64,000 nt of DNA from Mobula hypostoma. Lineage: Eukaryota. A program made the translations under genes and the position numbers. The DNA lies in contig NC_086097.1 in NCBI RefSeq assembly GCF_963921235.1, positions 196,542,001-196,606,000 on the forward strand. Reading direction: 5' to 3'. This document shows, piece after piece, positions 54,076-64,000 of this stretch. Numbering within the stretch: the stretch's first letter is position 1; each line of letters begins with the position of its first letter. The notes beneath the pieces were generated by a model. It searched no databases, was not told where the DNA came from, and saw only the letters and a program-made list of their open reading frames with translations.

Positions 54076-55419
54076 CTGAAATTCACTTCTAATAGAACAC
54101 TTCGTTTTCTGCATTGTGCAGAATCAATGACCATGCTCAGCTGAGGTGATCCAATCACACAGCAGTTGCCCCTTGTTTTGATCTAGAGCTCCACAATCAG
54201 TTACTAAAATATGCACAAAATTCTTGGAGAAATAGGGTCTTAAGAGTTTGTACTTATCATAAAAAAGTAAACCAGACTTCCAGCTTTTAAGGAAGCTTTA
54301 TGGCCTATAACAAGTTTACATACACTAACCCTGACCTTTTAGCTCTTATCTTTAATACACAATGAGACATCCATTGCAGATGGTCGTGCACTGTTTCCAC
54401 AGAGATAGTTCAATAGACTCATGTTAAATCAGTTACATCCCACAGCACAACATAAGCATGAGCTATGTGAATGAAGCTTGCCATTGCCATTCTATTCAGA
54501 GTAAGGGAATTGTGTATGCGACAACCCCTTATCATTGTATCAACGTATTTTTAGAGATCAAACCCATAGAATCTGCGGTCCAGAGTCACTCCTGTGGCTT
54601 ATCCCAACATTGTGTCACCCTCAAGGCCATCTCCTTAGAGAATGTTCAGGAACTCAGATATCAGTGACAGGCCCATTGATAAATCACCTTTAAACATAGC
54701 CTTGATGAGCACTTAGTGCTGCTATTATTTTCCTGCCTGCCTTGAAACATAATGCTTCTGTGGTCTCCTTTCCGGTGTAAACAAGCAAGTTGCAAGTTGA
54801 AAAAGAAAGGCCAAACTTTAAATGTCTGATTATATTGTCCACAGAATTAACTATGCCTTTGCAGGTGATGATGGCACAGAGTTTGAAATTCAATGATATT
54901 GAATGAACGAAATAACTCTGATTATAACAATATTACACATCTCATTGTATCAGTTTATCGATAAAGTTCATTTTGACCATACATTTATCGAATCAACTGT
55001 TTTAAATAAGTAAAGATACTTCAGAGAAGCAACAGTTTGTCACTTGAGGACTGACTTGGCCAGGAGAGTGATATAATTAAATAATGTGCCCAGGGTAAGG
55101 AGAATCTAGCCTGATTAATTGATATTGCCTCCACAGAATAGCATAAGTGGAAGACAAAAAAAATCCAAAACAAACATCCTTGCATCATTTTATTGGAGTC
55201 TATTGCTGAGTGTCTAGCACAATGATTTTGCGCGGGAACAATAGAAAAATGCAAATTTTTCAGTAAGTTATGAATTTTACATATAGTTTTCACTATCCTG
55301 TCATGTGACCTACTAAATGGAAATGGGAGAATGGTATAGAGCTTTTGAAGCTTTACCTGTTGTTTACTCAGATGCTATCAACTGGTTATGTAGTACTTGT
55401 GAAAATATTAGACTAATAA

Positions 55420-55965
55420 GATTAGATTAGATTCAACTTTATTGTCATTGTGCCGAGTACAGATACAAAGCCAATGAAATGCATTTATCATCTGACCAGA
55501 AATACAAAGAATAGTGTTACTTACAAAATAACTGCGAATAAAAAAAGTGCAACAGCACACAAATATAAAAGAACTGAGACAGTTCAATATGGATGCAATA
55601 CTGCTCAGCACTGTGATGTGAGGTTCAGCATGGTCACAGCCTCAGGGAAGAAGTTCTTCCTGTGCCAGCTGGTGTGGGAACGGAGGCTCCTGTAGCGCCT
55701 ACCGGATGGGAGGGGAGTAAAAAGTCCATGACTAGGGTGAGATGCATCCCTGATAAGTGTTTATGGTAGATGTTCTCAATGCTGGGCAATTGAGTGCCGA
55801 TAATCCGCTGGGCAGTTTTCACCACACGCTGGAGTGCTTTGTGGTCCGGTACAGGACAATTGCCATACCACACTGAGATGCAGTTGGTGAGTATGCTCTC
55901 AATGGTACAGGGGTAAAAGTCCATCAGTATCCTATGACAGAGGTGAGCTTTCTTCATGCTGCACA
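55420..55965 (-). mobile_element. Rex1/Babar LINE 3' fragment
   Basis: FYPCTIESILTNCISVWYGNC...KALQRVVKTAQRIIG; (AGATT)n tail. Confidence 0.85.
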
Positions 55966-56393
55966 TATGCATGTGCATGCTGCACATACGGGTGATATAG
56001 AAACTGGTAAACAGTGTATGTCATGAAATTCTGTTGGCTATTTGAGGTCTCTGATTACACATCCAGATGGAGACTGCCTCATTTTGTAGAGTCTAGAAGT
56101 GGCCTTAATTAAGCTGCTTGTGCTGTTGTGATTTTCATCATAGCAGTACTCAGCCACAGTGGCTAAAGATTATGCAAAAATTAGAGGGATATCAGAATGA
56201 AACAGCACATATCCCAAATATACATCCCTTTACAGCCTGGAAAGACTAAAATGATTACCTTAGAATGAAGGAGTCATGAAGCTCCCAGCATTCCTTTTAT
56301 TGATACAAGGACATACACTTTACATTCAACCATGAATGTTGAATGGAATGATCATGAGTCTAAAAAAATTGGCAATGTCTTTGACCTCAACTA

Positions 56394-57144
56394 CACTGGA
56401 CAACAATTTTTTTTTCAAAAGGCTTATTTCTTCAGAATTTTTTTGGTTTATGATAGACTGCTTGAAGCGGAACACAAATATAATTTCAGACTACTTGCAT
56501 CACGTAGGAATTCGGAAAAACAAAAAATTAACTTTTATTGAATATAATGTTTTTAACTGCATAACAGTACTGATGCTTTGCAATAGTCCAACTGCGTTAA
56601 AAATGTTTTGTTAATGATTTTCATTTGTACTCAGTTTATGAGGCTTCTTGCTTCAGGGTCCAACAATAATCAGCCAGCATTGATGGATTCCAGTTGCCCT
56701 GATACCGTTTCTCCATGACCACAATGTCCTGATGAAACCTTTCACCATGCTCATCACTGCCAGTGCCAAGATCTGCAGGGAAAAAGTCTAAATAGGAATG
56801 CAGAAAATGAATCTTTAGTGAAATATTGCACTTCATGGTTTTGTATGCTTGAAGCATGTTGTCAACCAGCTGCACATGGTTTGGTGCTCTGTAGTTGCCA
56901 AGAAAATTTTCTACAACATCCTTGAATGTATTCCATAGGATTTTCTCCGGTCCCACTCGAAGTTTTTCGAATTGCCTTTTAATGATGACCTGTTTGATTT
57001 GTGGACCAACAAAAATGCCTTCCTTAATCTATGCGTGATAGGGGATTTTCATGGTGACTTTCATAATCAGCAGCCCAAAATCCTTAAGATTCCTTAAGAC
57101 ACCCAAAAGTATTCAGGAAAGAAAATCTTCATTGTTGTTCGGTG
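56394..57144 (-). mobile_element. Chapaev3-type (CMC) DNA transposon deletion derivative
   Basis: TIRs cactggacaacaat / attgttgttcggtg, 3-bp TSD cta; C-terminus SLKIHFLHS...SDEHGERFHQDI...MEKRYQG.W...LADYCWTL. Confidence 0.8.
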
Positions 57145-58984
57145 CTATCAGAGCAACTCAGCCTCAAATGCAGATTTAATAACAAATGTCTTGGTACACC
57201 TTTGCCACTGTTGACACTGCTTCTTAGAGAAATTATGAAGGGCTCTGAGGTGATAATGTCCCCAACCATGCTAATGGACCCTCTTACATCAGTAATACAT
57301 TTCCATATCTTCCAACAAAATTAGTCAGAGCAAATTATATGTGACCATCATAAGGACTTTCCAAGTTCAAAATAATGTGGCTCTGTACAAGTCTCCGTGG
57401 CATGATCAGGAGCAAATGGCAAGTGAGAGTCTGAACACTCCTTTAAATCACAGATCTGCAAAGGATGCAATGTTATGAAAAAGTGCTTGCTTTGTGAGTG
57501 GCCAATGACAGTAGAGGTTTAAACTAAGTTCATCTAACAATGCAAATAAAATGGTAGTACACAGGGCCACATGTTATTAGTGGCACTTCAAATACATCAT
57601 GTATGTACCAGTGTTTGGTTTGGAACAAGATGGAACCTCGGGCCAGTGTAACAAGATGCCTTGCATGTCCAACAGTGTGGTCACATGAAACACTCAGAAT
57701 AAGGAAAAATCGCTCGCGGGTCAGATAAGCATAGTATCCCAATATTTGCTCGCAGGCCGGTCAAAATACCTTCGCAGGCCGTAGGTTGCCTATCCCTGGT
57801 CTACATAATTTAAGTAATTATTGGAGCTCATTGTCACGTAATCAATCCAGTTTGCTTCAGTTCGTTTACTCATGGTACTGAAACCGTTCTGCCCTGTAAA
57901 AATAGTCCAAGTTTAAAAAAAAATCCACACATCATCCAAGGAAGAATCATCAAATTTTCTCCAATGTCGTGTGTTAGATGGCTAATGAAAAGTAATCTAC
58001 ACTTTTCCATGAGACCATAGTCTACCTGAGGATTTTCTGACATCGGTAACTGTCCTTCCAAATTGGGTTCTGTGAACATTTCACCATGTTCTTCTGCAAC
58101 GTTTGTTGTCCGCCTCCATTCATTCTTTTTCTTCTTCCAACTCATATTCTCCCTAGAAAATAGCTGCCCATTCCTTTCCCACACTCTCTCTAGCAAAAAT
58201 GTTAACAAGGCAAATCCTATTGGTTAATTACAACAAGCCTAACTTGTAAATCAACTGAATTTTTATTTTAGATAGCAAAAATGAAATACTTCATTGTATA
58301 ATGCAATTAAAGGAACACTTTCTTATATAGATTTGCATTTTATGGAGATCTGCAAAAAGTAAAATGCTCAACAGCATAACTGTATTAATAACATATGGTC
58401 TTAAACCAGAGTATTACACAAAAGTCTGATGAACGTACATATGTTTGCACCTTCCAACGACAGAACTAGTTTCCTCACGTACTTTGATGCCACACATTAC
58501 AGCTGATGTGTGGCTACCATATCAAGTGATTCTTGTGCAGTTTCCAATTTATGGACAATATTGACTTAATGGCATCTGTAAAAATGAAACCTGTTTGTTA
58601 CCTGGGGACAGCCTGCTTTGCAGAAAGGCCTTGAGGTTTCACAAGTTGACTCACTTCCCACAGGATCTGCAAACTCTTGTGCGCTCTTATTGCCACTGTA
58701 TTTATGGCTACTCCAGTCTACTGTAGAACTTGGCAATCGTACTTTTTTTGGTACATGGTCATTGTCTGTGAATATCAGTGCATGTCTACGTCTTGTTGCG
58801 TGGCTACTTCATTTGTTGAAGAGTTGCAAGTAGAATTGAATATTGTGCAATCATTAGCAAATAGTGACATGAGTATTTTTATCTAAATGCATTGGGAACT
58901 AAGACATCTGAGCCTGTATTCAGTTTAAAACTGAACTTCTGTTCCTACTCCTTTTCAAACCAATCTCACTATTTTTAACCAATC

Positions 58985-60713
58985 CCCCATCAGGAAGGTC
59001 TCAAAGCTCTCCGCTTCTTTTTGGATTCCAGACCTAATCAGTTCCCCTCTACCACCACTCTGCTCCATCTAGCGGAATTAGTCCTTACTCTTAATAATTT
59101 CTCTTTTGGCTCCTCCCACTTCCTCCAAACTAAAGGTGTAGCTATGGGCACCCGTATGGGTCCTAGCTATGCCTGTCTTTTTGTTGGCTTTGTGGAGCAA
59201 TCTATGTTCCGAACCTATTCTGGTATCTGTCTCCCACCTTTCCTTCGCTACATCGACGACTGCATTGGCGCTGCTTCCTGCACGCATGCTGAGCTCGTTG
59301 ACTTTATTAACTTTGCCTCCAACTTTCACCCTGCCCTCAAGTTTACCTGGTCCATTTCCGACACCTCCCTCCTCTTTCTAGATCTTTCTGTCTCTATCTC
59401 TGGAGACAGGTTATCCACTGATGTCTACTATAAGCCTACTGACTCTCACAGCTATCTGGACTATTACTCTTCTCACCCTGTATCTTGCAAAAATGCCACC
59501 CCCTTCTCAAAATTCCTCCGTCTCTGCCGCATCTGCTCTCAGGATGAGGCTTTTCATTCCAGGACGAGGGAGATGTCCTCCTTTTTTAAAGAAAGGGGCT
59601 TCCCTTCCTCCACCATCAACTCTGCTCTCAAACGTACCTCCCCCATTTCACGCACATCTGCTCTCACTCCATCCTCCCGCCACCCCACGAGGAATAGGGT
59701 TCCTCTGGTCCTCACCTACCACCCCACCCTTCTCCGGGTCCACCATATTATTCTCCGTAACTTCCGCCACCTCCAACCGGATCCAATCACTAAGCACATC
59801 TTTCCCTCCCCACCTCTCTCTGCTTTCCACAGGGATCGCTCCCTACGCGACTCCCTTGTCCATTTGTTCCCCCCCATCCCTCCCCACTGATCTCCCTCCT
59901 GGCACTTATCCTTGTAAGCGGAACAAGTGCTACGCATGCCCTTACACTTCCTCCCTTACCACCATTCAGGGCCCCAGACAGTCCTTCCAGGTGAGGCAAC
60001 ACTTCACCAGTGAGTCGGCTGGGGTGATATACTGCGTCCGGTGCTCCCGATGTGGCCTTCTATATATTGGCAAGACCCGACACAGACTGGGAGACCGTTT
60101 TGCTGAACACCTATGCTCCGTCCGCCAGAGAAAGCAGGACCTCCCAGTGGCCACACATTTTAATTCCACATCCCATTCCCATTCTGACATGTCTATCCAC
60201 GGCCTCCTCTACTGTAAAGATGAAGCCACACTCAGGTTGGAGGAACAACACCTTATATTCCGTCTCGGTAGCCTGCAACCTGATGGCATGAACATCGACT
60301 TCTCTAACTTCCACTAATGCCCCACCTCCCCCTTGTACCCCATCCGTTATTTATTTTTATACACACATTCTTTCTCTCACTCTCCTTTTTCTCCCTCTGT
60401 CCCTCTGATAATACCCCTTGCCCATCCTCTGGGTTCCCCCCCGCCCCCCTTTTCCTTCTCCCTGGGCCTCCTGTCCCATGATCCTCTCATATCCCCTTTG
60501 CCTATCACCTGTCCAGCTCTCGGCTCTATCCCTCCCCCTCCTGTCTTCTCCTATCATTTTGGATCTCCCCCTCCCCCTCCCACTTTCAAATCTCTTACTA
60601 ACTCTTCCTTCAGTTAGTCCTGACGAAGGGTCTGCCCAAAACGTCGACTGTACCTCTTCCTGGAGATGCTGCCTGGCCTGCTGTGTTCACCAGCAACTTT
60701 GATGTGTGTTGCT
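58985..60713 (+). mobile_element. 5'-truncated Penelope-like retroelement (RT + GIY-YIG)
   Basis: RT 59021-59890 (QTKGVAMGTRMGPSYA, RYIDD) frameshifted near 59870 into GIY-YIG (VIYCVRCSRCGLLYIGKT...RFAEH...HFN) ending at 60317; pLTR with a mutated hammerhead at 60616-60650. Confidence 0.95.
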
Positions 60714-61112
60714 CACTATTTTTGATCTGTCCATGCAAGATTCCCTCAATGTCCTGAGAAAGCAAAATAAAGCAAACCCTAGAAAACAGAGGAATATCCT
60801 TTTATTTTTCTCATAGAAAGTTGGCTGAAACTCACTTATGCACTCAGCTGCATCGACTTCAAATTCCCAAGGCATTTGCAATTTGACGCCGGTAGAGGCT
60901 TAAGTCTCATGACATAAACTGGAATGTTTCAACTATTCGAGAAGAAAGAAAACAACTGGTACGTGTGCTGAATTTCGTTTCTCTGAGTAAACAGGATAGA
61001 CTTCACACTCCTACTGTAGCAATAGGCAACTGAAAAATTAAAGGCAGTAATTATTTCAAGTTCATAACCAGCAATCATTCAATGAATATGAATTGATGGA
61101 TCTACAGATTTA

Positions 61113-61635
61113 CAGTGCTGTGCAAACGTTTTAGACACATATATAGCTAGGGTGCCTAAAACTTTTGCACAGTACTGCAGTAATTTTATGTATTGCTCTG
61201 TACTGCTGCCACACGAAAAAAACACATTGCAGGACATACGTGAGTATTGATAAACCTGATTCTGATACAGGTCTCTTTTGTGGACTGGGAGTAGGAAAGG
61301 GGCAGGGAGAGGGGAATCACGGTTGGGAGAAGGGGAAGGGAGAGGAGAGGAAGCAGAAAGCAGCAGGGAGACATTCTGTAATGATCAATGGAATCAAATG
61401 ACCTTGACTGGCGTCTCAGGGCTTGGAGTTCTGCACCCGCGTTACCCCCTCCAGCACCCTGGCACTCCTCTGCCACCTGTCCCACACCCTTCCCACGGCA
61501 CACAACCCTCGCTATTCCCAACATCCTTTGGTCCCGCCAGATTTACAAACTCGCTCTCTGCTCCATGTTGACAAATAGAGTACTAATCACCATACACACA
61601 CACACATATACACTTAACACTTCAGCACAGTATTA
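61113..61635. mobile_element. Tc1/mariner-type MITE with a 65-bp terminal hairpin
   Basis: TA-cagtgctgtgcaaacgttttagacac...gtgcctaaaacttttgcacagtactg (61113-61177); a degenerate third TIR near 61610-61635. Confidence 0.6.
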
Positions 61636-61904
61636 ACTTCTAATTTAAAAAATGTATCTCCAAAGCATATAGAGAAACTATGAGCTGAATCTCTTACTCT
61701 GAATTGTTAGGCATTATAAAATACAAAGGCATAGTAAATTCTCTACAAAATTAATATAAGTCTGTAGATAGTACAAAACTTAAGCAAATACAGAAACATT
61801 CTGGGAGCTTTCAACAACAATTCAGGCAACATCTGCAGTGAAGACAATGTTTCATGTTGAGGAACTGCTATTAGAACAGATCTCTGGCCTTAAAAAATTA
61901 GGAT

Positions 61905-62505
61905 AAGACATAGGAGCAGAATAAGGCCATTCAACCCATCGAGTCTATTCTGCCATTCCATCCTGGCTGATCCCAGATCCAACTCAACCCCATACACCTG
62001 CCTTCTCACTATATCCTTTAATGCCCTGACCGGCTTCCACCTTAAATATACACATGGACTTGGCCTTCACCACAGTCTGTGGCAAAGCATTCCACAGATT
62101 TACGACTTTTACAGAAAATTCCTCCTTACCTCTGTTCTAAAGGGTCACCCCAAATTATGAGGCTGTGCCCTTTAGTTCTGGATATCCCCACCACAGGAAA
62201 CATCATCCCCACATCCACCCTAGCTAGTCCTTTCAACATCTGGTAGGTTTCAATGAGATCCCCCCGCCCCCCGCATTCTTTTAAATTCCAGTGAGTACAG
62301 GGCCAAAAACTGCCTCAGCGCTCCTCATATGTTAACCCCATCATTCATGGAATCATCCTCGTGACCTCCTCTGGACTCTCTCCAATGATAACACATCCTT
62401 TCCGAGATATAGGGCCCAAAACTGTTGACAACACTCCAAGTGCAGCCTGACTAGTGTCTTATAAAGGCTCAGCATTATCTCCTTGCTCTTATATTCTATC
62501 CTTCT
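61905..62505 (-). mobile_element. CR1 3' fragment
   Basis: gacataggagcagaataaggccattcaacccatcgag terminus and RT C-terminal remnants. Confidence 0.8.
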
Positions 62506-63669
62506 ATTTGGCCTGTAATGCTAATTCAAGTTTTTCTGTCCACAGATGCTGCCTGATCTGCAAAACAGAACACTGCATTCTATATTTAAAGAGTTCCTGC
62601 TTCATACATTAAGTACTTCATTAAAAGCCAGCCTGAAAATTAAATCAGGCAGAAAAATTATAGTGTCTAATGAGCTCGCCATATTTTTCTCTGGTTGTCA
62701 TGCATTCAGCATTGTGAACAGGTAATTAGTATGAGAAAACAGCTAATTAGTATTGTGGTCAAAGGACCTGCTCCTGCACTGTACTGTTCTAAAATCTTAC
62801 CTCACGTCACCGTATCTCATTAGGGCAAAACAAAAGGTTGATTTGCACTGGAAGGCTGGTGTCCTCTGCTTCCAGATAAAAGACAACTGCAACTAAACTT
62901 ATTTTTTACAATTGCAAGACCCGGCTGGACATTAAGAACTTAAAATGCTGCAGGTCTACCCCATCAGCGGTAGATGCTCGTTACTGGTTAGCAGAGAAAC
63001 TGAAGGAGCTGGATGGTGCAGATCGTGCTGCTGCCTGCATCAAAGGTGTTAGTGCACAACGGTGGTGTGCTAGCTAACAGTGAGTGCTCATCTTAGTTGC
63101 TTTTCTTCTGATCGCAAAAACCTGTTTGACATTTTTAATGTTGAATGCTGCAAAGTCCAATCCACTGGTTAATTGGTGGACGGTGGGACGGCGGGGGATC
63201 TGTGTCCTTTGGTTGTAGCTATTATGGGTTGTAACTCCAAAATGTAAAGCTAATTGAAAGAAAATCAAGGGAGCCCAAGAGATGCATGCAAACTTTGTAA
63301 CTTCGATTTTACTTTAATTGAGGTGCGTGCGTACGCCATAGTGACATAATGACAAGCCATTCATGTACTTTTACATATAACACTATGTATATAAACAAAG
63401 AATGCTGAATCAAACAATATATTTACATTCCTCAAATACTACTGAAATATTAAACATACAAGTGTAGTGTGGACTGGACCTCAAGCTGAGGTGTCACCTG
63501 TTTACAAGTGCCAGCAGAGGGGCGGAGTCAGTGCACTCCACCAGAGGCGGTGTAGCACGGATCCCAAGCTGGAGTCAGCACTCACCCCCAATGTTTGCTC
63601 ATCAGAAGACAAACTGTATTTGTTCAACTGCAGACAGCTGCAAGATTCATGGACTCAGAGACTTGGATA

Positions 63670-64000
63670 TACAAAAGCTTGGGCACCCCTCGTCAAAATT
63701 TCTGTTACTGTGAATAGCTAAGCGAGTAAAAGATGAACTGGTTTCCAAAACGCATAAAGTTAAAGATGACACACCACTTTAATATTTTAAGCAAGATTAC
63801 TTTTTTATTTCCATCTTTTACAGTTTCAAAATAACAAAAAAGGAAAAGGGCCAGAAGCAAAAGTTTGGGCACCCTGCATGGTCAGGACTTAGTAACACCC
63901 CCTTTGGCAAATATCACAGCTTGTAAACGCTTTCTGTAGCCAGCTAAGAGTCTTTCAATCTTGTTTGGGGGATTTTCGCCCATTCTTCCTTACAAAAGGC
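63670..64000 (-). mobile_element. Tc1 IR/DR transposon right end (runs off the window)
   Basis: Repeated aaaag(c/t)ttgggcaccc DRs near 63673 and 63859; minus strand AFCKEEWAKIP...AGYRKRLQAVIFAKGGVTK. Confidence 0.85.

Noticed and set aside
58600..58675. Possible greb1l 5' UTR mini-exon (minus-strand ttgcag acceptor, gtgagt and gtaaca donors)
   Set aside because: Splice-like motifs occur by chance, and there is no transcript or homology evidence.
63509..63555. Pair of CTCF-like motifs (ccagcagaggggcg, ccaccagaggcgg)
   Set aside because: Each is off by one G from the CCASYAGRKGGC core; too weak without a PWM or ChIP data.

Overview
Eukaryotic vertebrate DNA, most likely from a cartilaginous fish (inferred from the mix of V-SINE, CR1, Penelope and Rex1 repeats). 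It holds the 5' coding part of one minus-strand gene, greb1l: five complete coding exons (32643-32799, 15722-15928, 13470-13646, 8155-8331, 3062-3214, all GT-AG, phase 1) and probably the start of a sixth at 1-37. The rest is intron or upstream DNA dense in often nested transposons: CR1, Rex1/Babar, a full-length L1 inside a solo LTR, Penelope-like elements with minimal hammerhead ribozymes, Tc1 elements (one Sleeping Beauty-like with two right ends), and pogo/Tigger, hAT and Chapaev3 remnants. I found no convincing wholly new biological system. The most interesting signals are intronic hammerheads in the sense orientation of greb1l, the symmetric Sleeping Beauty-like element, the internally inverted L1, and a few candidate enhancers. 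Family assignments and comparisons to reference proteins come from memory, not database searches.
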